Shown in pieces: positions 15,101 to 27,834 of a DNA stretch of 64,000 nt. Source of the stretch: Thalia democratica. Its lineage: Eukaryota. The notes under the pieces are model-generated. The model ran no database searches. It was not told the DNA's origin and saw only the letters and a list, made by a program, of their open reading frames with translations. Made by a program: the position numbers and the translations under genes. Within the stretch, counting starts at the first letter, position 1. Every line of letters starts with the position of its first letter. The stretch is from positions 19,344,001-19,408,000 of the forward strand of contig OZ241831.1 in assembly GCA_965202585.1 (NCBI GenBank), given 5' to 3'.

Positions 15101-18100
15101 TATACTTTTTACATAAATCAACAAACAAAAACTTATAAGTTAATAACAATATTTTTAAGAATAAAAACGGTAACTTTAACAAGATTTTAATAAAACTTTA
15201 ACTTTTCTTAAAGTAATTCAATTGAGTAAAACTAGTTTTCAGTTCTAAAATGTATATATGCGAACTGATTTTATAACTATAATGATACAACTTGTACACA
15301 ATAGACTTCAAATTTATCAAAGTATGAAATTATTTAAATAACAAAACAATCTAACCTTATATCCCAGAAAACAAAGTAGAGGGAATCGGGGAACCACCTG
15401 GGGTTCATGTTTGGGTCGTGGAGGTGAAGGAGAGCGTCGAGGGAGTCGCAGCAGATTTGCAGGTTAAAAATTCCAGCTGATGACTTCAGCGTTACCAGCT
15501 CGAGAAGACCGTGAATGAACTCGCGCAATGCCAAATGCTTCTTCGCTCCCAAACTCGATAAACTCTAATTTCAAAGTAAAAAGATATACTACGAGGACGT
15601 ATTTATTTAATAATAAAAAAATATTACATATTTAGATTAAAAAAAAAAAAAATTGGGAAAAAAAAACGTTAAGTTAATAAAAATATTTTTGTATTTATTA
15701 ACAAGTAAGTGTGATCAAGTAGCACAACAATAAACAGTTTTTTTTGAATTATTAAATCCAACTTCATACAACTCACATGAAGGAATATATTAGGATCAGA
15801 GGAAACAAGAGTGACACAAAGTTGAAGGATATCTTTGTGACTTACATGCACTTCATCGTGACTTCTCTTTAAACTTGCATTCATCTTTTCTCTCAGGGAT
15901 TGCTGTAATTTGTGTTAGGAAAATATCAATACTTTTCGCCATTTTTTTTTAACAGGAATAAGTTACTGAGGCCGGCGGGCCTCAGTCAAAATTTTGTTTT
16001 AACTAATTTAGCATAATTTTTCTTTAAAAAATAATACATTATTAATTTAGTGTTATCTTAAAAAGATGATCTATCACCAATTTTTTTTGTTCAAAAAGTT
16101 TGATAAAAAATATGTTGTTTAAGCATATTAAAATTGTTTCTTTTTCGACCTACCGAACCTTGATTTATGATGTTTAATAAAAAATCAACATTAACAAAAT
16201 AAACAGATATGTAAAATAGTTATTAGATAAATTATTTTTGTCACCAATATTTTTTTCATAAACTAAATGAGTAATTACAAACACAAGCATTCAACCTGAT
16301 GACTTCTAGGTGACAAAATAGTATTATTTGACTTGACACAATCAAGAAATATTTTTCTCACGCAGGATCCCAGAGAGTACAAACTTGCAATGTGTGGCCA
16401 CCAAGTCAAACACGGCTGCAAATTACAATGCTTTTGTATTATGTAAAAAACTAGATTTTAATTATAAATACATTAAATAAAAGTAAATGTATATATAAAC
16501 ATCTTATTATGTCTACAATGTAATTTACAAAACCAACTTGGTTGCAAACACAATGAAGTGACTGGATAAGAGCAATCTTGTGGTGCAAGTTCGAGTTGGC
16601 AGATGCAAACTTGTCAATGATTGGTGAGTTTCCGTCGTGCTTAAACCTGAAAGAAGACACCAGACACTCGATTAGAATGTTTTGCTCGCAAGATCGCAAT
16701 ACTTGCCTTGATGATGTGTTCTCAAACAAATGTTCCTAAAAACATGTGGATATTGAATCAGATTTTGTATTTAAAGTTTTATGTAAACAAATAAAATTTA
16801 TAACAATATTTAATACAGGGTTGCCACTCGTTTTTTCAAAAAATTTTCCAGGTTTTTAAAACTACACATTTATGGGTCTATTTTTAGTTTAAAGTTAAAT
16901 TTAAGGTAAGAAACTGTGTTAATTAGTATAAAAACATTGAAAAGATACTGTTAAGCTACTTTAAGTATGCTTTTTAATAAAAATAAATTTTGATGATGAC
17001 AAATTTTTTTATTTATATGATAGATTTTTTGAGTTAAATTGAAATTTTACTACTGAAAATATGAAAATTGTTAAAATCAAAGTTTTTCCAGGTTATTTTG
17101 TGATTTTTGTTCAAAATTCCAGGCATTTCCAGGCTTTTTTCAAAATTTCTCAAATTCCAGGTTATTCCAGGTTTTTTTTTGCCTAAATTGTAAAATTCCA
17201 GCTAAAGTGGCAACCCTGTTAATGATAAAAATTTTGTTCTGTGAACAATTTTTAGAAAAAACAAGTGTACACTTAATTATAATATTACAAAAAATAAAAC
17301 GAACAAGTAAAATACTATTTTGATTTTGAATTAAAAGTTCAGTTACTGACATAACAACATAGTTATTAGAACGTTTTGAAATTTAACTGACCTGTAACTC
17401 ATTTAAGTAACTGTCAACAATCATGTGTATTGGGTAAAGTTTGGAGCTAGTCTTTGGAATAAAAGTAGCAGCTTTGAGCATTCTAGTGAGCGATTCTAAT
17501 GCAGAATCGTGCACACTTCTCGAACTTGAATTGTGCAAGCATTTTCTCAGTTGGGTGATGAAGTTAAGCTAAAGGAAATAAAGTAGTTATAATATTGGCT
17601 TTAATTTTCGTTAATTATGATAGACTTGGATGTAGATATTTAAAAGTTTTTCAAACTACCTTATTATTTTTAGAGCGATTGTTTTCTCCGTTTGATATAC
17701 TCGCCAATGCATCCTGTTAACAACTTTTAAATAAAAAACTGTAAAAGATTTAAATAAATATTTTTATAAGTGTTATCTAGAGCTAGTTTTTTGCTATACA
17801 AATTTTTATCTTGGATTAAAATATTTAATCGGTTTAAAACTTATTGTCTATAAAAAAAAAAGAATAAAAATATACTTCAATAAATTTACAGCTAAAATAT
17901 GAGTGAAAAACAACCGGATAAAAACATATAAGAATAGTTTGAAGTGGCCAGTAACAAGAAGCTTTTTTCTTAGAACCTTCCGTCATACTATCTAGTAATG
18001 AGAAAAGACGTTCGCACGATTTAGATAATTGTTTTGCATCGACAAGTACTTCACTCTCGCTCTTTATATTAATATGTTTTTATACTAGATTCATCATTAC

Positions 18101-21100
18101 AAAAAACTGATTAATAATTAAACGCAAGTTTTTTAAAGACTATGTTTTATCAGTTAGAGGAAAAAGCTTGTTTTTTTTTTGAAATATTTTAAACAGCAAA
18201 TTTTGAAAAAAATAAGTAAAATATTTTTTAATAACGTTATAATCTTTACACTACAGTAAGTAGGTTTCTCATTGGCCATAAATGAAACAAAAACAAAAGA
18301 GAAAATTGCCAATAGAAAATAATCATAAAACCTTATTAAAAACTGATTTGTATTAGAATCATTTTTTAAGGTACTCAGTATATACTTTATTGTATTTGAA
18401 AAAAAAATCAGTATTTGTTTTTAAATTAGATGCTTGCAATACCATAAAAAATATGTTACACAATAGAAAGATACTCTGAAAAAATACGTGCATGTATGTC
18501 AGCATGTTATGTATATGTCAGCAAACAAACCTGCGAGCCAGGAGTTGTTTGATTATTCTCATAAAGTTTGTAAAATGTGTGTAGTTCAGTAGTACTTGAA
18601 CAGAACCATCTCCATAAAGTCTAAAAAAATAAACTTGCTAAACTAAATGTTCTAAATTTTTTAATTGATCAAACTAAGCTATAACTTATTACAATGAGTT
18701 TTAACTACATACTTTGTCCAAACTTGCTGCTAAAGTTTGTTGTATTGATCTTCTCAGGTGATGAAAAATATTGACTATTTCTAAAAAAGTAAATACTCAT
18801 TGTATAAATGTAGTTGTTTAAAAAGTGTAACTATCTTCTAATATACCATTTTTGAATAAGTTTTAAATCTTTAATATTTAAACTTAAATAATACTGAGAA
18901 AATAAAATAAAAGTGTTATTTTTAAAATAGCTTTTTTTAGTAGGTTTTCAAAGTTATTACCAGAATACTTAACTAACTGTTTTATCAAACTGGTTCGATT
19001 TAATATGAAAATTAGTGGCGTTTGAAGTATAAGTTAAAACAATATAAAAAAAATAACTACCTTCAATAAGTATTTTTATTCTTTTTAGATCTAAATAAAT
19101 GTGTTGAATAAGCAACAAATCTGAACTATCAGCTGCTGATTCATCATTGCTTGGAGATGCTAGCTCTTTTATTCTGAAAATAAAACTATTGAAAACAGTT
19201 AAACACATTAGTACTACCAAAGATGTTTATAGTTTATTCAGGTTCTTAATCTGTTTTGACTTGTATTAATATAAATATAAATTACTTTTTGTATATTGTT
19301 TTTGTAAATTTTTATGTATGGTAAATCATTATCTTTATGTATAAATTAAATCAAATATAAATTAAAGTATTGCAACTAATATCTATTATTTTTAATGTTT
19401 ATTACGTTTCTCATTTTTAATTTATAAAATAAACAAATAGTTCATAACTTTTTAAAGTGTCTAGTTAATACAAACATTTTTCTAATATTAAATTTATTTT
19501 ATAAACTTACAACTTTGAAAAACGCATTATAATACTAGACTTATCATTTAAAAAACTTAGTTATTATCCAACCTTGAAAAAATTCTATTGAAGACAACTT
19601 GATAATTAATTTTGCTAATTTTGTAAAGAACGTTTGATGCTGATGCGTGTAAATTGAAAATAACTGGCTTATCTGGACATACTGGTTGCTGGAGAAACTG
19701 CAACATATATAGTTTTCAAGCGTTAACAAATTCAATAATTTTATTTTTGCATCTTAACTTAGTTTAAAATACTGAAACTATGAAGTTTCAAAATAATTTT
19801 TGTTGTTAAATGGAAACATTTCTGACCAACGAGAACGTTTAATGCAAGTCTTTAATAAATAACTTCTTACCTGGCATATTTCTGGTAGTAACTGTTTAGT
19901 CAAGACCTTGTCATCTGGCAATACTGAATCTACCTACAATAAAAAATAAACTGATTAAACTTAGTATACTTTTATTTTGCTAAAATCCATAATTTAAAAT
20001 AAATAAGCGTAAGTATAAAAACTCTTGGTAAAACAAAAAAGCGCATTCCGAAAATAACTTATGTAATACATGAGTCTAACATTTTTTATTAATTAAATAA
20101 ATGATATTGTATACAAATACTACCTTCTTTTTTTTTGTCAGTGAATATGTATAAAAAATAAGTACTGTGATCATAAGGTGATTATGAAAACTTTTTTCTA
20201 AAACTTAGGAATGAAAAAAAAAACAATATTATTAAAAACTTATTATACAAAAATAGATGTGCAATTTAAGTACCAAATGTCCGATATTTAATTCATTATA
20301 CAGTATACATGGATAAAAAAAACTATACAAAGCTTCAATTTATCAGCCTATACAAACAATCAAAACAAATCGAGAAAAGAAAAAACTTTTAATTTAATCT
20401 AATTAAACATATTAGAATCAAAAATTATTAAATAATTTCAGGTTTCAAATTCTAATTTTAAGAGTTAAAAGACTTTAAATGTGATAAGAAAGTTCTGATT
20501 TAAATACCAATATGAAAAAATATTTATATAGATTTTTCCATGGAAAACTAAAAAGTTTTGAAAAAAAAAGTTTACATTTTTGCTGCAGCTAGTATATTAT
20601 TTTATTCTTTTGAAATATTTAATAAATAAAATGATTACTAGTTAAAAAAATTAACATATGCTTAAACAGTATAGCCTTTCAATAGTTACTGTTATTAAAA
20701 AAAAGTTTTACTAGAATACTAAATTTATTTACGAAAGTATAAAAAACTTGTAAACGTAATGTTTAACTTCCCTTTATTTATTTTATCATTAAAAATTATA
20801 TATCTTTCTAAATAAATACATAATTAAAGTAAGCTATTCATGACTGCAAGAGAAAGACATGACTTTAGAAAAACTACTTTTTTTGTTTGTTAATTTTTAA
20901 AATTGTAAGAACAATTTTACTTCCTTTTTCTACTTATGAGTACTCAAAATTAATATACTTTACGTGTTATTTATATATAAGTTTTTTTATCATATTAGTT
21001 AAAACTGAGAAAGTATATAATAAACTAATTAAAAAAAAAACTATCATATTATGTACTTACCTGTATACACTTTACAAGGAGGTTTAAAACTGTCATTTGG

Positions 21101-22756
21101 CAATTGTACAAATTCAATTCTTGTTGCTCACCATAAATTCTCTAAATAAAAATCGTTTTAATTTTAGATTTATATTCAAATGTATAAGTATAAAACTTGT
21201 TGTAATTATGAGGAAAAAATAAAAAATAAGATGTAAACAACTTACCGTACTTGAAAGTTTTTTCAAACTGTTAGCAAGTCCATTAATAATATTGGAACAT
21301 TTGCTTTGACTTATATTTACTATGCATTCTTTTAAATTTTCCAAGTGTGATGACAAGCAAGGGTCTTGTGCAACAGAAAGTTCAAGCTGAAAAGTTTATT
21401 AAAATTTTAAGAATTAGTTAAACTAAAATAAAAATATATTCTAATCAATAATATTTTATAAAATACAATTTTTTATGTAAATACTTAAATTTAATATACA
21501 GTAAATCAAACAACAACAACTTTTTTATATTTTAATTGTATTATAACATAGTTACTGTTTTAAAATACCAACAGTGAGACTAATTATAACAAGTTATAAC
21601 TGAAAAAATTATGAAAAAAATATAGTATTTAATTTTAAAATACAAGCTAATTTTGAAATCTTCAAGTAAATTTAATAAAAATGGAAGTTTGTTGAAATAT
21701 AGTATATACTTTTTAAATATGAAATTTAAAATAACATTTTAAATAAATTTTAACAAAGTAAATATATGCATTTTGACTTTCATTATGTATAAAGTAAGTT
21801 TAAAGTTGCTAAACATTGTATATTACTATGCATGACAATTTTATAAATATATTGAAGCATTATTTTTATTAAGTCGGCTATAAAAAAAAGTAAATAAAAT
21901 TTATTCAATCATTAACAATAATCAATTTGTAAACTGAACTTAAAGTAAAGTTTTTATCAAAAATAAGTAAGCCTACAACCTTTCAATCAGACAGATTTTA
22001 CTTAGTTTTTTTTTAACTTATTAAATTTATCTTTTCAAATTTTTAGTACAATAGATCAGGGGTAAAGGTATAACAGATGGAAATACAAACTACTTCAGTA
22101 AACTTGTTTAAGGGTACTGGCTCACTAATTAAATAACTAACAATAAAAGGTTAACAAAATTTTGGGTAAGTGAGATAAAATATATTTAACTGTTTCTTTT
22201 TATTTGTTCAACTTTAGGGTCATTGTTTTCATTTTTGTGTTTATTGTATTTAGTTATTTAACTTTGAGGTCATTTGTACTTTGTTGTAATTAAAAAAAAA
22301 AAAACTGAAGTCTAATTTTGCAATGATAAAAGTTTTATATTTGAATAAGAATTGAAAATGTTTGTTTTTTTAATAAACAAAAGATCTCTTCTAAGTGTGT
22401 GTATAAGACTGAGACTGATTTTTTTGATGGTTCTAACCATTTTTTATTTTTGTTCTGAAATGTTACATAAATCACTGTAAAACAGTTATAAAATAATGGA
22501 AGTACACAAAGTAAATACAAATTGGTTTACCAAGTGTTTAATTAAAGATTTTTTTTATTTATACATACTTGTAAATTCTAATAAAAAATAATTAAATTAA
22601 TTTTACCAATCTTTTATAAAACAGGAGAGAAAAAAATTAAAACAAATGTAAACTAAGTATCATAAAAACTATGCTTTTTTAAAAGGTAAAACCTACATAT
22701 TTATCAAGCCTTGATAATACAACTGATATCCATTCCTTTGGACGTTGACATGACAT
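186..22756 (-). CDS. NF1: Neurofibromin (NF1 orthologue): N-terminal region through the RasGAP (GRD) domain, 3'-partial (continues off the left edge)
   Basis: 35 GT-AG exons in continuous phase, 4538 nt total: 22697-22756, 21246-21386, 21061-21141, 19871-19933, 19573-19697, 19061-19173, 18713-18780, 18531-18620, 17915-18061, 17660-17713, 17392-17568, 16538-16735, 16296-16415, 15777-15902, 15356-15564, 14854-15043, 13854-13960, 13490-13652, 12632-12784, 12222-12301, 10776-11036, 10510-10609, 10058-10197, 9478-9550, 8877-9004, 8110-8229, 6893-7029, 5843-6069, 5414-5497, 5012-5173, 3889-3998, 3120-3321, 1165-1262, 617-766, 186-266. The translation starts MSCQRPKEWISVVLSRLDKY (human MAAHRPVEWVQAVVSRFDEQ). 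It includes KQLLPEICQ, WPLQTIL, KYFTIFMNLL, RFQRLVELVTMLGDNGELPIANALANVV, DELARVFVILFDAKHLLYHLLWNMFSKE, the arginine finger FRGSTLASK, FLRFLNPAIV, KILQTIANH and LLAYLGPPE. Confidence 0.97.
2085..3045. mobile_element. Composite of nested MITE-like fragments in an NF1 intron (GATCCGGCCGGATCCGG-rich and AACTAGCCTGAG-rich repeats)
   Basis: Starts TAGTGATGTACCGGATCC. CCGGATCCGG palindromes repeat at 2094-2255 and 2968-3045 (shared tcaagatccggccggatccggatatcagaca). About 6 copies of (a)actagcctgag are present. A ~78-bp direct duplication lies at 2357-2433 / 2667-2744, with a cagggttgccact end at ~2626. Confidence 0.7.
7193..7323. repeat. Two diverged tandem copies of a ~55-bp unit
   Basis: ataggaaat.aaa..atgt.aag.tagtatatagtaaacac.ttttctatatttcta at 7193-7248 and 7269-7323. 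Confidence 0.8.
11300..11967. mobile_element. Non-autonomous DNA transposon (MITE) with TTAA target-site duplication, Kolobok-like ends
   Basis: TTAA on both flanks (11296-11299 and 11968-11971). Imperfect ~30-bp TIRs: cgccataaggaggtataacacattttttt versus the reverse complement ggccataggggggtaaccatctttttt. No ORF. The family assignment is an inference from TTAA plus the GG terminus. Confidence 0.65.
16816..17218. mobile_element. MITE with perfect 13-bp TIRs CAGGGTTGCCACT (hAT-like terminus)
   Basis: cagggttgccact at 16816-16828 and agtggcaaccctg at 17206-17218, with internal TTCCAGG repeats. A related partial copy lies at ~9686-10010 and related ends at ~2626 and ~55-66. No clean 8-bp TSD. 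Confidence 0.75.
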
Positions 22757-24201
22757 ACCACTTTTATTTTATAACATTAGTAGAGCTAATCAGGTTGTCT
22801 GGAAGAGTATTCCATTCATAAATTTTAAGCCACAGGTATTTACAACTTAAACACCTTAATGAAAACAATTGTAAGTTTTGCACTAATTTGGTTTTTATTT
22901 AAGAGTAAGTTAGAACATTGTTTGTCAAAACTAAAAAATGTACAAAAAAATCTACCATTAAACAGTTAAATAAAAATTTTCCATAGTGTTTGTTTTTAGA
23001 CTTTTATAAATAAATAATTTAAAAAATAATTTTATTGTTTATTTTATTTTTTTTACGTTCTCCTACAGGCCTTCATAAAAACAATACAACTTGAATACCT
23101 CGTTATACTTATATCGGGATGAGACCTCAAAATTTAGAGTTCGTAGTCAGTTATTATGTGACTTTTTAACAATCAACTTACCAAGAATGACTCCCTCCAA
23201 CTTAAATCCTATCGAAACTTTTTTCAATTTGGTTGACTAGTGGTCAAATGACGTAAGGGTCCTAATTACAGTTTTGAAAACTTTATTAGTTTATCGTTGT
23301 AAGATATTCAAACTAAGTTGTCGACCGATACATATTATAAAAACATGTTTTTTTTTCTTTTATTCAACTCCTATCCAAATTAGTTTCGCACTCTATTAGT
23401 TTTCATCCAGATACTTATTTTCTTAAGCTTCTTTATAGTATAAACATTCTAGTTTTAATATTTACACTTTATTTATCTCATATAAAATTTATATGTTACG
23501 AAAAGTTTAAAACAGTTTAACGAAAGTTTTTCCTCATTTAAGGATTTGATTTTACTTTAGCGGTTATACATTTTTGATAATCAATTGCAAATACATTGTT
23601 TAAAACCTCATAAAATGAATTTATATTTAGAAAGGTTGTTATAAATATTTCGTTTTTCTTGTTTTGAATTAAAAAAAAAAAAGTTTCGTTTTAATTACAA
23701 GTTCTAAACAGTTAAAGTATGTTAGAAATTAAACCTAAAGATACATTTCCAGCTATTTTACCAATTAATACACTTTTTTTTTTAATTTAAATAATAACTT
23801 TTTTCTTTTAAATTTAACTAAAATAAAATTCTAATATGTTTTAGTACCATTTTAAACATTTAAATGATTTGGATTTTGGATTACAAAATAGTGCTGAATT
23901 TCGTATGCAAAAAAATAAGACTGATTTTTTGTTGATCGGAATTAATTTTAAGCAAACTTATATTGAAAGAGAGGTAAATCTGGAGCATTTCTCATCCAAT
24001 TAATGTTTTTATCCGACTATTTCCTATTTGGAATTTTTTTTAAACCGATTTTTTTAATCTAACCAATTTTGTTAAAACTAATTTATAATGTAATTAAAGT
24101 TCCCACCAAAATCATTTTTAATTTAAAATTTTAGATTAAAATTTAACTTGTTTTGTTTGTAAGTAAAATTTTGTTCTTATTTAATTGTTTCATTACTATT
24201 T

Positions 24202-24292
24202 CCATGAGTGTTACATATCTTTTTAGATTTTTTCTTAAGCACTGGTCTTTGACCGAAAATTAGTTTGCATAATAAAGTCTTCAAAGAATAAA
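24202..24292 (+). repeat. Copy 1 of a ~95-bp repeat; hammerhead core disrupted
   Basis: Aligns with 24612-24705 (ccatga.tgttacata.ctttttagattt...taagcactg...gaccgaaa.ttagtttg...aagaataaa). It reads ctg-gtctttgaccgaaa, so the ACGAG part of the core is deleted. Confidence 0.85.
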
Positions 24293-24640
24293 GACATTAT
24301 TTCTACTCTAGTAGTTAGAATATCTTAATTTTTTTTTTTAAAACCAAAACATATAATATAAATAACTTTTATTTAAAAATATGTCCCTACCGGTTTTCTA
24401 TTCCTTTTCTAATAAATAACAATTCAAAATATTTTTATTGGATTGGTTCACAAAAAATTCTCAAATTTTAAAACAGTATTGAAACTCATCAAAAATTTGT
24501 TTTTTTAAACAAACAAAAATTATTTTGCTTTTTATGTAATAAACAAAAAGTTAAACGTGAGTACCTAGTAATTAAATAAATTAAAGTATTATGTGTTTTG
24601 GTTTTAAGAAACCATGACTGTTACATACCTTTTTAGATTT

Positions 24641-24686
24641 ATTTAAGCACTGACGAGGTTTTTGACCGAAACTTAGTTTGTAAAAT
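24641..24686 (+). ncRNA. Minimal type-I hammerhead-ribozyme-like motif (copy 2, within the repeat at 24612-24705)
   Basis: CTGACGA (24650-24656), stem II GGTT/TTT/GACC, GAAA (24668-24671), short helix III AC-TTA-GT, U at the cleavage position, and a weak helix I (gca/tgt). Confidence 0.6.
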
Positions 24687-24970
24687 AAATTCTTGAAAGA
24701 ATAAACTTATAAATTACAGTATATTAAATTTTATTTAGTTCAACGTAAATTTTTGATAGTTTTTGACAAATTTTGAGAATCTATGTTCTGTATTTATAAT
24801 AAGTCTTTATATGTTTAAAAAACAGTCAAAACTAAGTAATCGCTAAAATTTATTATATTTTTACTAAAACTATGTATACTTACAACATTTTTAAACAAAG
24901 AAGTGTAACTGAAATGAAAAAAATAATAATACCAAAGTTAATTGCTTATAAGAACAAAGTTTTATATCTA

Positions 24971-25135
24971 TTGTTTATTCAAAGACAAAAAAAGCGCTCA
25001 AAAAATTTAGTCTTAGGACCTGGTCCATAAAAAAACCTTTTGTTTATCGAGTCGTACACAACTTGGATATCTTTTAACGTCTTGTCCAGGACATACCTGA
25101 ACCAAAATAATAAATCAACCTAATGTAATGATTAT
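24971..25135. repeat. Dispersed repeat, copy A (upstream of NF1)
   Basis: Shares an identical 22-mer cttttaacgtcttgtccaggac (25071-25092 and 57581-57602) and flanking similarity (ttgtttatt..a.gacaaaaaaa, acctggt, agtcg.acac, acctaatgta) with 57482-57688. Confidence 0.8.
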
Positions 25136-25665
25136 AGCTTCGTCTAATGTATAATTACAAAAAATAAAATTTTCTAGTTAGAATGTCTTATGTGATAAAT
25201 AATCTGCGGTAAATACAAAAATAAACGGGAAATAACTTAGAGAGGAATTGTAAATCACTTGAGTGGGTATTGATATGATGGTAAATAATTTGGATAGAAA
25301 TTGGTCAAATAGGAAATATTCTGGATTTTAATTCAATGGATTTTTATTGACTTCACTGGATTAAAAACTAATTTGATGATTAAATGAGGGTTAAACGAGG
25401 AATATAAAGTAAAGTTGCTAAAGAAAGTGTATAAACGTGAACTTATTTGTGTACAAAATTTTTCGCAAGGAAAATAGTTTTGATCTGACGCTATATTTAA
25501 ATAAGAGTTATTCCAGATTAAAGAAGCTAGTGTATTACAAAATTCGTTATGTTAAAAACACGTTTAATTAAAAAAAGACTTATAACAATTAATATATGTA
25601 TATAAGTAAAAAAATAAAGTACAAATACACAAAAATAAAAATCTAAATTATTTATATTTTTTTAA

Positions 25666-26159
25666 GGTCGGAGTCACTTTTGCACAAGTGACATTTTTGC
25701 ATGAAGACACTTTTGCACAACGTAGTTTTTGCACGAGGGGTCGTTTTTGCACAAGCCACCTTTGCACGGATTGACATTTTAGCATAACCACTCACTTTTG
25801 CACACAACAATTCAGCACGGGTTTAAACTTAGTTTCAGGTAATTATTAAGCAGTTCCTCTTTTCGGCTTGGAGAACGGCTGGAAATGACTGTTACCCCTA
25901 ACCTTTACCCTTGGTCGATAAACAGTTCATTCTGCCGTCTTAGTGCGTGGCGGTTGACAATTGTAGCGGTGTTTAAACATGTCAATAGTGCAAAAATGAC
26001 GCTTTGTACAAAAGTGACTTCTTGCAAAAATAACGACTTGTGCAAAACTGACTAATCGTGCGAAATTGAATTTGTGCAAAACAGACTGCTCGTGCAAAAG
26101 TGACGCCGTGTAAAAGTGTCTTCGTGCAAAAGTGACATCATGCAAAACAGACATGTCCC
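25666..26159. mobile_element. Foldback-like element: long inverted arms built from ~16-bp TTTTGCAC subrepeats around a unique GC-rich core
   Basis: The left arm has repeated (g)acacttttgcac(a/g) units to ~25820. The right arm has repeated gtgcaaaa(g)tg(t)c units from ~25985. The unique core spans ~25850-25985. Confidence 0.8.
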
Positions 26160-27834
26160 AATTTTATCTAATACAGTTAATTACACCGTAATTAAAATTC
26201 TTAATTACACAGTGTAATTAAGAGTTTTAGATACAAAAAATTTTTATAATCAGTTTAAAAATAAAATAAACTTTATACAGCTTATACTGGTTTAAACGCC
26301 AAAATTTATATAAAAATAATTAATTAGGTTTTTTTTTACAGATTATTACACCCAATGCAGTGTTTCACTCTTACCTTAAACTACATTTATTTTTTGTTTT
26401 AATTAATTTAATTAACGATACCTTCCATTTATTTGTTCAGAAACTTTTTTCCAGATTACTTTAACAATTAATGATTTCTTATCATTTAATGCAAGAGTAA
26501 AACACTGTATTGTTTGTATTAATCTGTGAAAATAAAATGTAACTCGTCCCTTTCAAGCTACTTAAGTTCAGAACTTTCTGTTGTTTAATTTAAAGAAAAT
26601 TACAATGTAATAAAAATAATTAATGAATAAAAAAGTATTGACACATATACAGAATAAAACACTTTGTACAACCTTTAATTTTACTTTAATACTTTTTTTT
26701 TTGCAAACATTATTAGCTTAATAATCGAATCTTATAACTTAGTTTTTTTCAAGTGTAGTTTCAGTGTAGTTTACAACAGTTTCAAAATATACTCGAATAA
26801 ATGAAAAGTACTATTTTAGATAAAATTGTTAAATTTAAAAGTAGCTTCTTTATTTTCTAACATGTCATATTTGTTAATAAAAACTTTTGATTAGTTTTGA
26901 AAATAAAAAAATAATTTATATTCCATTACTACAATTTTGCTCTACAACTCCTCTGAAATTTTTGTTAATTTTTTTTTAATGTTAATAAATATTAATTTTA
27001 ACGTCTTTGAAACTGAACTTGACGAACGGTAAATAAGAACAAGTAATGAAAAATTTTATCGTATACAAAAAACTGTTGACAAAACAAAACGTATAAAATT
27101 ACATGCTAACTTTCATATTAAGGTCGTAATTTTAACAACATACTTAACGTATTTTTCTAAATGGATCCTAATAATAGATTTTTTTGTTAATCAATAAACT
27201 TTGAATGAAAAATAGTTTTGTAAAAGTTCTTTTATTTGATGGTTCTTTAATTCTAGTTAAGGAACATCTTACTACGACGTCTTTCTTTTTAATTTATTCA
27301 TTTTGGTATTGTTTTGTATGTTCTTAACTAAATATAATTAACTTTAAGTTTTCAAATTTTTTTTTTAAACACTTTAGTTTTAAAAACTAATTTTTTACCT
27401 TTAAAGAGTTACAATTAGAATTTTTTTTATTAAATGCTAGAAAACTTTTTTATATCGCAAAAATATTAACAGTATAAAACTTGTTTTAAGTTTTTTATAA
27501 CTAATATAATTAAATAGCATATTAAAGTTATTTTATTGTCAAAAATAACGCTTTGCTTAGTTTATTTTAGTAGCTATTTTCTACATTATTTATTAGGAAT
27601 AAAATCACAAAAAACCTAGAATATTACTAACACAAATTTTGAATTAAGTACAATTTAATACATCAATTTAAACAAAAAAAAACGCATTTAGAATGGGAGA
27701 AAACTTTGTTCACACGTGTTTATTTTCACACCGCTTGTTGTTTGTTGACATTTCATGCAGGTTACTGATTAACTGCAAGATGCAACTTATTGTAAAGACG
27801 TGTAGCACATCAAACACCTTGACCGACTACAATC

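Noticed and set aside
9601-22520. F/I/K/L-rich ORFs such as 9601-9867, 14451-14693, 17140-17352, 20887-21087 and 22335-22520
   Set aside because: Low-complexity translations of AT-rich introns or MITEs with no recognisable domain.
25927-26154. 75-aa ORF with repeated F(A/C)RxH-like units
   Set aside because: It is simply the translation of the foldback element's TTTTGCAC subrepeats.
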